Notes: generated by a model not told the origin, from the sequence alone. Positions 38,001 through 51,346 are shown, counted from the whole stretch's first letter. The stretch: DNA of 61,451 nucleotides, filler included, from Bipalium vagum (GCA_037834085.1; 3 parts of 3 records of this genome joined end to end with filler, not necessarily neighbours in it), one strand, 5' to 3'. Numbers and translations are program-made.

Positions 38001-40313
38001 TGCTTCATCAACAGTTTCATGTCGTTTGTTCCTTCAAAAATCGATAATTACTTTAAAAACAAAAATAAAATGATGACCAAAAAGCGGTAGGTATCAACTA
38101 TCGATCTCTGTGGGTTGGAGTGAAACAGTGAATGCACAGACCCCTTTGTGGCTGCGTGGTCTTAGTTTTATGGACCCAAATTGCTTTTTATTGCAACTTT
38201 ATTATAATGGACACAATTTATACAGACGCAGAACTGGGGAATGAGGACCCACGCAAGCCATATCTGGTAATTGTTGGTGACATAAAAAAGTAATGATGAG
38301 CGATAAAAAAATGGTATTATGGAAAAAGACCATAAAATATGTCCATCCAAACTGACAGCCTCATCAAACGGGAACAGAAGGGGACTTGAGATTGAAAACA
38401 AATCAAAGTGGAAAATCGACACTCACCGTGCGACTTATACATTAATGTCAACAATATTTGAACCACGAAATGAAAAAATAAACAAACATTTTATTTGGTA
38501 AATATTTACCAAAACGGAGGAAGATATTTTCCATGCCGGTCTGCATCGTCATGTCGTCAGCAGAAGAATGGAGACAATTGAGTAAACATATGTGACTGAC
38601 GAAGGAAAAGAGTCAAAATTCCGCTCAATCGATGGCTGTCCTCGTTGGCGAAAGAGTTGACAGGCAACCCTTGAAGGGCAAAGGTAATATTATTCAAGCA
38701 AACCAAACGTCGAAGGTGCTACCAATAAAAACAGCCAATCAAAATCAACGGTACTGATATCGTGCTGCCATGGAAACACTGATAATATCTGAACTCATAA
38801 TAAAAGACGTGATCAACGATAACCAGGACTAATGGAATTTCTCTATTTAAACAAAATGTAAAATTGTATTTATTTAATTATTTCTCAACCACCGACCTAC
38901 AATCAATAAAGGCCCGGGAGAAGGTCTTGGACAGCGCCCTTTCAATTCCAAGGAGGAAACGTGTTCAATTGCCAAAGACATCTCCATTGATTGGCACAGT
39001 TTAATTAACTCACCATTTAATGTCGTTTTAACAGTGGCCAGGACAAGGTTTTCAGTCAAATTTGGACCCATCAATTCCGAGCCACGAGCGAGAGAAAATC
39101 ATTAAAAATCATTAAATGGAAAGTTATCATATTACACTGTCTCCAACATTCATCATTTAACAGTTTGTTTATATATTATGAATGATAGTTATTACATTAT
39201 TAATTATAATATTTATAATAATAATGTAATAAAAATATATAAATTATAAAAATACATTACTAGTAAAGCAATTAAATAATAATATAAATATCTTTTAATA
39301 ATAATATTAATATGAATAATAGTAAAAAATATTATAAATAATAATATAGTAAAATAAAAATAATTATTAGTAAAAATAAATAATAACAAAATAATCATAA
39401 AATAATAATAAAAATAAATTTTAATAAATTTATTATTATTCATTATTGTTTTATTTTTTTTAATTATTTTGATTATTATTTTATTTTAATTTTTTATAAT
39501 TATAATTATAATAAAGTAATATTTATAAAATTATTTTTTAAAAAAAACAATGCTATTAGTCACTAATAATAATAATTAGAATTAGAATACTTGTTAATAT
39601 TAATATTATTATTATTATTATTTATTATCCTAATAATATTATCATCGGAATATCGCTATCATTGACATTGAAACGGAGAACATATACTTCCTGCTACTTC
39701 CTGCCAGGGACTACGGGCATAAATTAGCAGTTTTGGCTCGCGTTCAGCTGGAGGGGAAAGAAACGACAAAGGCGAGGAACAATGAAGTGAAAGTTCGCTT
39801 TCGTTTCCAGGGCAACGGGCAGCGCTTGCAGAGGAGGCAACCAAAGTCAATAACGTTCCCAGACGATGTCAGGGAAACAATGACAAGCCAGTGGGAAGGT
39901 GAGCCAACCTCTTCAGATCTCTTGGAAATCAATGAAAACGCAATGAAAACGCAATGAAAAATCAATGAAAATGCAATGAGAATATTCTTGATCATTATGG
40001 GGACCCACTGGGACTGTTTATTGATTTATTTATTATTCCTAAGTTTAATTAATTTAATAAATTCGGCTGAGATTTTTCGCAATTTTATTTATTTTTTTCA
40101 AACTTTTCTGATGAAAAATGATATGTTTTTTGGACTGAAAAATGAAATTTTTTTTTGCGTGGAAAAACTTTGACCAAACAAACAAAATATTTGTTCAACT
40201 GTGACATTTTAAAGTGCAAATTTGTTTTAATAATAACTCGAAATAATATCTGGACTTGTCGCAGCTGGAACGGGGTTTGGGAGGGACAGTAATATTATTT
40301 TAATTGATAATAA

Positions 40314-40316
<3 letters not shown>

Positions 40317-40383
<67 letters not shown>
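40317..40383. repeat. (TAT)n microsatellite at contig end
   Basis: Direct reading. Confidence 0.95.
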
Positions 40384-40483
40384 NNNNNNNNNNNNNNNNN
40401 NNNNNNNNNNNNNNNNNNNNNNNNNNNTTAATTAATTAANNNNNNNNNNNNNNNNNNNNNNNNNNNNNNNNNNNNNNNNNNNN
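40384..40483. other. Artificial contig-joining spacer (44N + TTAATTAATTAA + 44N)
   Basis: Identical to 16209-16308. Confidence 0.97.
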
Positions 40484-41421
40484 ATATTATATATTGTAAA
40501 TATTGCATATTCTACTATTAAATATTAATATATAATTTCAATTACCAATTACATCGAAATATATTTACATTCATTCCAAGATTCATGACGAAGTTGCCTA
40601 TTACTTATGGTAATTAAAGTTATTCGGTTTAGTTTTTTATAATATAACTATTCTTTGTGTTTTCTAAATTTTTTATATCGTTTTAACTAACCAAAGGTGT
40701 TTATATTTTTTTTTTGAATTACAAGATGGAATTATAAAATTTCGAAATTGATTTACAAAATGATGAAATGATAGTCAAAATTTATGAAATGGCATGGCAA
40801 ACCCTGTAAAATGTAATAGGAGAAATATGGAGTCATCTCAAATCTTGTTTTATAATAATTACAAATTAAGTAAAACCAGCAAAGTTTTAAATCATTCGAT
40901 AAATTTCCGAGTCATAAAAAAGAACTTAATTCTGAAGAAAGAATTTTAAGACATTTTAATAATAATGATGAACGTAAAATATGCAAATCGTATTGTCATA
41001 ATTAATATTATTAGAGATATATTAGGTGGAAGAAATGTATAAATAATGATGGAAATTTTTTTGAATAAAATATTTTTATGTATCATTTAAAATTTTCGTT
41101 TTTTGTTTGCCCCAAAAATCTGCATATTTTTCCGGTACATCTCAGTATTAGAGGAAGTCAAAAATCAATTTAAAACTTTGAAATATAAAAAGGAAAGGAT
41201 TGCTAGTGGATTTTCTGATTAATTAAAGATAATTTTAACAAATCATAATTTATTAAAATAATTTTAATATGGAAAATCGTTTTTAATATTTAAAATATTA
41301 AATATTATTTCTAATTAAAACAAAACATTCGAAATATTTTTTAATTTTTTTGGTATTTTTATTATCATTGTTATTATTATTAAATCATAAATTAATTAGT
41401 TTATTAACTTCATCAGGAGAT

Positions 41422-43156
41422 TTACCCAGGAGAAGTAGAAGCCAAGTTAGAAACCGTCTTGAAATCATTGGGAACTTCTGTCATTTGTACAGTATGCCTT
41501 CTAACATTTAATTGTAATGATAAATTCTGTTCAATAAACGATGTCTGTTCCTGATTAAGTAGATACTCTTCATCGGCTTGAAGTACCCAATTATAAAGTT
41601 TGGCCATTATTGTAACATCGGAATTTAAATAAAATTTATTTTTTAAATATGACAAACTATCTCGCCGGCACGTATAAACTGGTTTTGTGTTGGGATCTCT
41701 ATTGATATTCAACTTTTCCGAATCTTCCGTTGGTTGTTGCTGTGAGATCGTCATATCAGATATATTGGCACTGGTTTGAAGATCAGAAGGTTGGTTATTA
41801 CTATTTATGAAGGTTGCGTGGGCTGCTTCAAGATAGACAGCGAGAATGGAATTGCTATAAAATCGATATACCTTGTCCTTTAATAAATGATATGCGGCGT
41901 AATTTCGATCGAATAATCGATTAATAACGGAATTTCGCACTTCGTCTTCATCAAAACCGTTCATTTGCAAGGCTAGCTGAATGGCGTAGTCCAATTTAAT
42001 TTTACTGGAATGGTACATTTGCTCTCTGATTATATCTGAATGCTCAGGATGCTGTCTGTGAAATATTTCTTCAAATTTATTTTCAATCGCCTTTTTATTA
42101 TACATTTCCATGAGAGCTCGATACTTATCAACATTATTCGAGGACTGCATCCAAGGTGTAGAAATAATCTGCTCAATTCTAAATCGCTTAGTCGGATCAA
42201 CCTGTAACATACCTCGCACTAGATATTCACATGATGTGGACAGATAAAATGGAAATCGAACCAGTCCTCTCAAAACCTGATTTCTTATATCACCTAAACT
42301 TTCACCGGGAAATGGAAATGATCCGCAAACCATTATATACAGTACAACTCCCAAACTCCAGACATCTGCTAAAGATCCATCGTATAATTCTCCCTTGAAA
42401 ACCTCTGGAGCGGCATATTGTGGACTTCCGCAATGGGTGGACAACAATTTATTTAATTCAAAAAAGTTGCAAAACCCAAAATCGGCAACTTTTATTTGAT
42501 AGTTAGAATTCAATAAGAGATTCTCCGCTTTTAAGTCTCGGTGAACTACGCTGGACTTATGACAATAATTAATAGCACAGACAATCTGCCAGAAAAGTTC
42601 TCTAGCGTCTTTTTCCGTGAACGCATGGGCCTGGCTAATATGGTCGAACACTTCTCCTTTCTCTGCGTATTCCATTACCATAAAGATCTTCGAGTCCGTT
42701 TCCAAAATTTGATACAATTTTACAATATGCGGATGATCCAGTCGTTTCATTGCCTCAATTTCACGAGTTACTTTTTCTAAATTGTTCATACCCAACAGGG
42801 ACTTATTCATTATTTTTATTGCACTTTTTGTCTTAATAATACTATGAGTAGCCAGTTTTACAACAGCGAAATTCCCTTTGCCTATGGTACGGTCCAAAAG
42901 ATATTCGGAGATTCGAGTTATTCTCATTTTCTGCTTGTTGCATTCCGACTGAGTTCCAATATTGGGATTAATGGTTGAAGATAATGAAGCTTGTTGATCA
43001 TACATTGGCATCTTTCTGAAATTGATATTCTTGGAAATAGTTTTTTCCTGAATATTGCTCAAGCGTGGACTTATAAATCGATAATTTCCGTGAAGGCTGT
43101 CTGTAATAGTTTAAATATAAAGTAAGAAATATATTTTTACTATTTGACACAATCAT
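41422..43156 (-). CDS. SIK2: Salt-inducible kinase (SIK1/2-like, AMPK-related Ser/Thr kinase); exons 43141-43156 and ~41426-43100, possibly 3'-incomplete
   Basis: GKGNFAVVKLA, AIK, HPHIVKLYQ, HRDLKAENLLL, DFG, T-loop LSTHCGSPQYAAPE, UBA-like MNGFDEDEV..YAAYHLL, PKA-type sites RRDS and RRHT. A 40-nt intron (43101-43140) gives ATG at 43156. The final TAA sits inside a gtaaat donor-like site. Confidence 0.9.
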
Positions 43157-43194
43157 TTCTATGAAAATATATTATTTATAAAAAATTTACTATA

Positions 43195-43790
43195 TTCAGG
43201 TGTTTTTAAAATACTGACATAATATTGAGTTAGCAAGAAAGTAATTATAGATATCTTTGAAGAATCAAATGACATGGAACTATATGAAGCAATCTATTTT
43301 TATTAAATTATGAGTTGTCCATTGTTACCAATGATCTGCTGTTATCTTTCAGAAAGCATAAAAACTTCTCATTCCTAAAATTTCTTTTGTTTATCTGCAA
43401 AAAACTAACAACTCGAATCATTAGTAACAGCTTCACCATTTAATAGATCAAAACAAATGATAATCGGAATGAGCAATGTCTGAACTGCGTGGTGAATGTG
43501 AGAATACATCCCAACTAAAGTTCAATAATTTTGCCGTGGCCAAAGAAGTGTGTGATTTGTATTGTCATGATGTAAAACAATGCCTTTAAGGTTTTTCAAT
43601 TTGGAGCGTTTTACTAAAATTTATGTGTTCACTTTTGTCAACTGATTAATGTAAATATCAAAATTAATTCATTACCTTCTTGACAAAATTTCGAACTACG
43701 GATCCTTAATAATCCCATCAAAACTATATTGTGAAGACTCCTACAGTCAAATCCAAAATATTGATTCTTTGACGTTGATCCATTAATTAA
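43195..43790 (-). mobile_element. mariner remnant (C-terminal half)
   Basis: VLHHDN..HTSLAT..FSWDVFSHSPRSSDIAHSDYHLF. Confidence 0.8.
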
Positions 43791-45072
43791 AAACATTTTA
43801 TTTTACTTGAAAAATATAAATTTGTGTTGTTTTTATTAACTTTTTTTGTAGTAAAAATTATTGTTATTTTTATTGTAAAAATCAGAACACGCAAATACGT
43901 AATTTTTTTTTATTCTTCCTTATAAAATATTAAATATAAAAATAATATGTAAAATATAAAAATTATCATTACAATTATTTAAAAAATAATCATTTTGATG
44001 AAAAATTTGGAAAAAACTAGGAAAAAAAATTAGTAAGATAAATAGTTATATTTAAATAATTTATTATTATAATTTCAGTTCACTACTGATTACAGGTCAA
44101 CCGATCAAATAATAATATAAAACAGAAATTATAACTATAATTCGATTACGAATAATAGGTTATTAATAATATAAATACAAGGAAAAATAAAAAAGGTTTG
44201 ATCAGCAAAACCAACACTTTAGGGTTAAATAATTTATCCTTTTTTACTTTTTTTTAGTAATTTCCTTTTTTGTGTTCTTCACGTCAAGTAGAACGGAGAA
44301 CCGAATTTTTATCTGAGGGCCCTTATCTTAAGTAAACCTTCTTCTCCTGATACTATCTTAAATTTAAATTTTAATTAAAAATCATGTTGTCAGATTTATT
44401 TAAAAAAATTTTATAAAAATAATTGTTATCTTGATTAATAATTTGTTTATAGAATTTGATTTAATTCTTATTTTTCGATTCAGTATTTCATAATCGATTT
44501 TGTCTTAACTGTTTCATTGGCACTTTAAATATTTTTCATTAAACATTACTCCTAACGTTACGCACATATAAATCTTTATGATTACAACAAATCTTGTTAA
44601 GTTGTCTAAAGACCAATATCGATATTTTTAACTTCATTTTCCTTTCAATACCTAGAAACTTAACAATATCATAACTTTCTTTTGATAATTATCAGCCTTG
44701 GACAATATCTGTGTTGTTTCCTCAGTGTTGCACCATGATCTTTTCTGATGAAAATTATTGTATCAATTTCATTTTTTATCGCCTCTTACAGATTATTTCA
44801 AACATTATATATTTTGTTGTGCTTGATAAGCAAATTGCAGATTTCAAAAGGTTGTCTAATATTTTAATGTTCCCGATAACAAAAAAAACTTATTTTTTCT
44901 GAAAATTATATATATATATATATATATATTTTATAGTTTTGTTTTACAATATCATATTTATTTAACACCAAATAAATTTTTATGAAAGATCTATTTCTGC
45001 TCTACAAAGTACAGTTGAATTTTTATATATCATTTCATTTCATTTAAATTTGAGAAATTTGACAAATTTGAA

Positions 45073-45935
45073 ATGCAGCACCAAGTTGATCAAAAACATT
45101 ATTTTCCCTACATTTTTTATTTTATTTTAATACAGTTCAGAAAGTTACAGAAACGGGTCAGGAAATTTGTAAATTTTACGAAAAACATGTCAGACAAATT
45201 CAATCTTCAAGGCAATCCATATACCGGTTGGTCATCCAATTTCGATGACCATTTGATTAAACTTGTGAAAAAAAATGGGCGTCAACTACATCCAGAGGAT
45301 GAACATTCAATGACTGTCTTCCGCTGCCTAAAATCAAATCGGTATAGTCAAAAACTGAGTGATTATTTTCCAAGTGAGCTCAACGAAAAAAATCAAAGAA
45401 ATTCGATTAAAAATTACAGTTCAAAATCTTGCACGGAGTAAGGAACGGTATTTTTATCGAATTATCACAGAAGATGAGAAATTGTGTTTGTATACAAATT
45501 TGAAGCACAAGAATTAGTGGCTTTTTGGCGGAAATGTACCGGTTTCATACATGTGAAAATAATCAATTAAAACCAGAAACTCAACAAGCACCTAAATCAA
45601 ATGCGTCGAGTAAACGACGTTATAAAAGGAAAAAATTGGATAGGCATTCCAAATTCATTCTTCTACATTATAACGCACACATAAAATATGGTCAAAACCA
45701 CCATCCAAAAGATTTATCAACCCTCCGTATTTCCTAGAATTTGTTCCAACAGGTTTTTATCTTTTCTGTTCGCTGTCTAACTAAATGAAAAGTATAGTTT
45801 TTGAAAAGAGGGTCTCGTAAAAATGATTGATCAATTAATTTCTTTATGGTATAGTAATTTATGGAATAAAGATCTCAATAAATTGGTGAAAAGATGGGAG
45901 AAAGTCCTAAAAAATAACTGAAAATAAATTATCGA
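45073..45935 (+). mobile_element. Degenerate mariner
   Basis: MQHQVDQKHYF N-terminus, IITEDEKLCLYTN (cf. ITGDEKW), VPTGFYLFCSLSN, LNKLVKRWEKV. Confidence 0.75.
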
Positions 45936-46355
45936 TTGATTTTTCTTTATTATTTTTAAATATTATAATAAAATAAAAATTTCTTATTGCTTGTAAATAT
46001 ATATTATTCAAAATCGCGAAAAAATATGTTACATCACATGAATTTGGATATCGCTGGCTTATGTAATGTAAAAAATTTTTTCATCTGAAATATCACTTTC
46101 TGAAATTTACACTTCTCCAATAATTGATATTTTTCTGAATTTTTTTCATGAAGTTCAAAGTCTTTTCGATAATATAAAGAATGTTGAACTCTAAAGTTCT
46201 TTTTTTCTTCATCTTTTTTTTTCCACTTTTTGAAAAATCTCTTAATTTTGAAATTTTTTAATACTACAGATTCGTAAAAAATTTAGTAAAAAGAAAAATT
46301 CGATATGGTACTTATTTATATTTACAAAAATTTATTACATTTTATATTTTTTATA

Positions 46356-46881
46356 TTAGGTTGTCTAAATATAAAAGTCGTTTTCTGTGAAAAACAAATT
46401 TTATTATAAAAACAATAATTCAACTGTTCAATCCAAAAGGTATTCTTCATTATTATCAATAAATCTTTGCCATCTTTGACGCAATGAATAGATGCTCCTC
46501 CTATAAAATTATTCTGGTTGTGATTCAAAGAACTGAAGAGCCCATATTTTGATTGTTTTTCGTTTTTTTGAATTTTTATTGACCAAAGAGTGCATACATT
46601 GGAATAAGTGGTAATCCGATGGAACTAAATCGAGACTATATGACGAAGAAGACAAAACTGCCCAGCCCAATTCATTGATTCTTTGGTGGGTGATCTTTGC
46701 AAAGTGTGGACAAACGTTATCATGAAGTAATTCGAAAAACAATCACTTATGAATAAATAATATATTAATTTAATCGTTAAAATAGCGCTATCAAAATGAC
46801 GCATGTATATTAATAATACAATTATCATTAAAGAAAAATAAAGAAAGAACGGTTAGTGACATTCATATTTAGACAATCTAA
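46356..46881 (-). mobile_element. 526-bp internally deleted mariner with both TIRs and TA target duplication
   Basis: TA|ttaggttgtctaaatataaaagtc ... gacattcatatttagacaatctaa|TA. Internal LLHDNVCPH..LGWAVL..YSLDLVPSDYHLF. Confidence 0.9.
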
Positions 46882-47780
46882 TACTATATAACTTTCGTTC
46901 AAAAAGAGTTTACTTTTTTCTCACGTTCTTAATTTTTGAATCTAACAAAATTAATGATTTATATTATGAAAAATGGTTAGTTAAATAATCAAAATTATTT
47001 AATTCCATCTAAGCATCCAACGTGTACCACAACCAAATGTTGACTATTATAGCTAAAACATAATTATTCCCATCATCCATGCAACTTTAATTAAATAGAG
47101 TGTCTAATATGTTAATGAAAAAGCTTATATATTTTTTTACTAGTTTACAATGAATCCAGAACCTGTTTAAATTCTTTTTGTTAAAAACCACATTCATCCC
47201 CAGCTTCAAAAGTCATCTTTGAATACAGAGACAAACACTAAAACTATAAAATTCACTGTTAAGTTATGTGCGAGATTTCCCAACAGAAAAGACAAATTGA
47301 TTAGATCTAAGCCTAAATAGCTGGAATTTCAAGATAGGACTCCCCGGTGAGTACAGAGATCTGTGATTCGTGATAGGAAATAGATTATGGATTAAGAAAA
47401 GAATTAATTATTTTGAATGACGACTGACGGAATTTCTGAAGCAACTTTGTATATTTAGTTTGAAAATATAATTCATTTAAATTTCCCACAAAATGTACAG
47501 TGCTTTAAATCATATTTTTCGATTTTATTCGAAAAGCAAATTTCCGATGAAATATGGAGATTGTGATTTATATAAATAATATTACATTTTTATATTATAT
47601 AAATTTAAAATTCCAATCTTTATTTTATTATTCTTCTCCATTTAAAAAGAAATTTGATATTTAACAAAAAAAAGAAATATTTCAAAACAATAGCTTCATT
47701 TGATTTTTTTATTGTTAGATATTTATTATAAATATAAATAAATAAATAATTGAATGTCAAATTCCTTGTTTCATTTTAAG

Positions 47781-48228
47781 CTAGTAATATTGAAAAAATC
47801 TACTACCTCCCAAGGATTTGTTCTGAGTATCTGGTAAAGGATGTAAATTAATGCTTCCAAATGTTCTTTCCTTTTCTTCAATTTCCGCTGAACCCTGGCT
47901 GCTCGATGTTTTGTCCGTTGAACTGGTATTCTGGCTTCCACTACTATTTTTGCTATCATTGGATAAAGTGCTTATCTGTCCCTCGGTAATTGCAGAAGAT
48001 TTCACAGTTGTTCCACTATCTATAGAGCTTTGCCTTTCTTCAACATTATGTACCGTTCTAAAATATATTTTTATCATATCCAAACATCTTCTTAACTAAT
48101 AATGTAATCAAATTGCACAAATTATTTTTAAAATTTAATTAAATAATATTAATAGCGTATAATATAATAATTTACTTTTCAATATCAGTGGTCCACTTTT
48201 GTCTTTGGATTCTATTACTTTTATTCAT
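47781..48228 (-). CDS. Two Ser-rich coding exons (48176-48228; 47807 or 47781 to 48057), possibly an N-terminal extension of the SIK gene
   Basis: MNKSNRIQRQKWTTDIE-K|gtaaat..ttttag|TVHNVEERQSSIDSG.. in frame across a 118-nt phase-2 intron. Confidence 0.55.
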
Positions 48229-49269
48229 TCTTTAAAATTTTTCGAAATGCATTTTCTAATAATATCTGATAAGAAATAAGCGAAATATATTATCTATACA
48301 TAAACATAATTATTGAAAAATTTGTTTAACGGAAAGTTAATTAAATTGATATAGTTTAAGAACATGCATATTATTTCTATTTTTAATAATTTTTACTTTT
48401 TTTTAAAGTTTCTTTAAAATTATTAATTTTATAAATTTATTATTTATTCTAGTTTATTTGACATTTAAAATTATTTGAATTACTTTTAATCAACAATTTC
48501 TGAAAATCTCGTATATAATTTAATTAAAATAACCTTACACTTAATTTATTTTTTGGAAAGTTGTAATATCAAAAAATGAGAGAATTTATAAGAGCAAATT
48601 TACTTAGAAAACGAGTAAAAGTATATTTCGATAGATTTTTTGATTTTTTTAATTAACAAATGAGTTTTTTAAATTCAACTTTGTAATTTTATTATAAATT
48701 ATAAAAAATTAAATTATTATTAAACAAATTAAAATTGTATTATAAATTCTATATAAATAATACCAATCCGAAATTCAATTTATGACAGTCCCAAGTTTCT
48801 TAATAAAGAATTATTCCGTGCAATTCAAAATGTATTTTGTCATATAACCTGCCAGGAACGTAAAAAATTAGAGTCTTCATACACGTCAATTCGATTCAGA
48901 CTATTTTAAGTACTGAAATTTTAAAATTTTCGTTTGTAAAAATTTAAGTGTATCTAAAATTATATAGATTTTCGTTTTTTAATATTTATGAAAATAGCTT
49001 CATTTGTGACACTGTAATAATAAACACTTTTTAACTATTATTATTTGTGATCCTTTTTTTAAACTTGTGTTGGGTTTACCCAAAACACCCACCAGTCCCA
49101 GGTGAAAATTGTGATATTGTGCACAAAATGATAAGACTAATAATAATAATAATTTTGAATTTGTGCATAAAATAACAATAAATAACAATAATAATAATAA
49201 TAATCAATATAAAAATATTAAGAATAATAATTAAAAATTAAGTTAATTAAAAAGGAAAAAGGCAATAAT

Positions 49270-49450
49270 TTTTTAGGGATCTAATCTTGACAATGACGAA
49301 TCTAAATTGTCAAGATTAGATCAGGGTCCACAAGGAGGGACCGATTTAAAATCAATGATCCTAAAAGGGAATTGACATTTCCCATTAATAAAACTGGTCT
49401 ACGACTAATTAGTCGTGGACCAGAATAATATATAAGAAGAAGGATTTCTC
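49270..49450 (+). repeat. Hairpin/TATA repeat, copy C (more diverged)
   Basis: Perfect 17-bp inverted repeat 49278-49294/49306-49322, small stems ggtcc/ggacc and gggaa/ttccc, 30-bp near-palindrome 49394-49423 containing tctacgacta, then tatataagaagaagg. Confidence 0.6.
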
Positions 49451-49872
49451 CATATATTCGCCTACAATCACAAGATTAACAACAACAACATGCTTTGTTA
49501 AGTTACCCAATTCCAATTTCAATATTTTTAAACCAAATCTTTGGTACCAATTTTTAAGAACTTAACAATAATAATAATAATTAGTAACACGTATGTATGA
49601 TGAAAACCTAATATTAATTAATCTACTTGAAAATTGTGAGATAGTACAGGGCTTCTAAAATTATGTCGCTAAGTATATTTAATTCTTTTATTAAAATGTT
49701 ACAGGGTCTTACTCTGCAATTATAAAAAATTGCCGTTTGTGACTTCAAGATATCGGGATGATAGTTCATAAAGCTTGAAAATCGATTCAAGAAAGTAATC
49801 GAATAAAACAAAAAGAAACTATTGAGACAAAGGGGAAAAGAGATTTTATTGGCAAAAGTAAGATCGACCAGA

Positions 49873-50240
49873 TGATTATTATTATCACTGATAATTCTAA
49901 TGATCAGCGCAGTGGCGAGTAATTGCAGCAGCTATTAGAGACTTGTGTGAGAGTGTCGACACTATATATTCGAATTGAAGAGCATTGAGCTTTATTTTTT
50001 GTCATTTATCGATTAACGCTGATGTTGTAGTGAATAATTAGGTGATTGTCTGTATATGAAAAACTATTGTAATATACCAGGTTCGACCATTGTTATAGTT
50101 TCAAGTGTTTATAGATACATTGTTTTCTTTGTGAGGTCGCTATTGAGACAATATTAAATTGAATATTAGTATTATACTGTTCCAGATGGAATGAATTTTT
50201 TAGATTAAAGAGATTATTATTCACGTTGCGAACCAAATCA
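49873..50240 (+). mobile_element. Possible solo LTR
   Basis: TGATT...AATCA termini, TATA-like ctatatatt at ~49962 and ATTAAA near the 3' end. No clear TSD. Confidence 0.3.
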
Positions 50241-50934
50241 ATAATTCTTTGGAATCAGATCGAAAGCAAATTTTGATTAACATTTTCAAAATATTAACAA
50301 TACTTTATTTATCATATGATTATTATTAATTAATTATGAAGATCAATTCTGAGGTTAAAGAAAAGTTTTGTTCTTTTCCAATAAAGTTTATAAACGAACT
50401 TAGTGTTCATCAATTTAGATATTTTAATAAAAAAAATTTCATTTTTGATAGACAAATCTTTTGACTAATCCTCTGATTCCTCTTTCAGCTAAATGTTGGC
50501 ATCAATTTTCATTTTTTTATAACCAATCTCAAAGAATTTGGGTAAATAATAATTTATTGTTTTTGAAATTTCATTACTTTTAGAGAATTTTTAAAATAAT
50601 TACCATTAGGTACCATAAAATCAGTTACCATAATAAACAATTAGACTTAAAAACGATAACAAAAATTAATTTTAGTCTTGAAATAATAACAAAATAATTT
50701 AAGCATAAGACATTTTACAATTTAGATTCTGATTTATCCATACAATAATACAAAGTTAAAACTTAAGACAATATGAAAGATGCTCAAAACCAAAAATTAC
50801 TTATGATGATCTATTTAATAAAGAATTTATGGTTTAATTATATTTGATTTTTTAATATATTAATAAAAATAGTATTAAAATAAAATATGGCTTTGTTTTA
50901 ATAGATACAAATTTAATAACATCATAAAATTCAA

Positions 50935-51346
50935 ATGTCTGTCGATATTTATGCTTTAGCTCTGTTGGCTCTTAATGATGCCAAAGTTGAAATAAATGGT
51001 AAATTTGGTTTAAAATAAACCTTTATTAATTTATTTTAGCTGAAAATGTTTCTAAAATTTTGAAGCAATCTAAATGTCAATCGAACAAACAGGCTATTGG
51101 TAATTTAATCTTTAATTAACCAATATTGTTCTTAATATATATTAAGATTTGTTCGTTGAAGTTGCAAAGAACATCAACCTTGATGATATGCTATCAAGAT
51201 TTTCACAAGTTGGTGCAGGACCAGCAGTAGCCGTCCAACAAGCCGCCCCTGCCACTGAGAGCAAACCAGCTGCTCCAGCTAAGGAGGTCGAAAAATCTGA
51301 ATCCGAAGAAAGTGATGCTGATATGGGATTCGGATTATTTGACTAA
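50935..51346 (+). CDS. RPLP1: 60S acidic ribosomal protein P1; exons 50935-50998, 51040-51099, 51147-51346 (107 aa)
   Basis: Spliced product MSVDIYALALLALNDAKVEINAENVSKILKQSKCQSNKQAIDLFVEVAKNINLDDML..VGAG..EESDADMGFGLFD. Introns are 41 and 47 nt, GT-AG. Ala-rich hinge and canonical stalk C-terminus. Confidence 0.9.
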
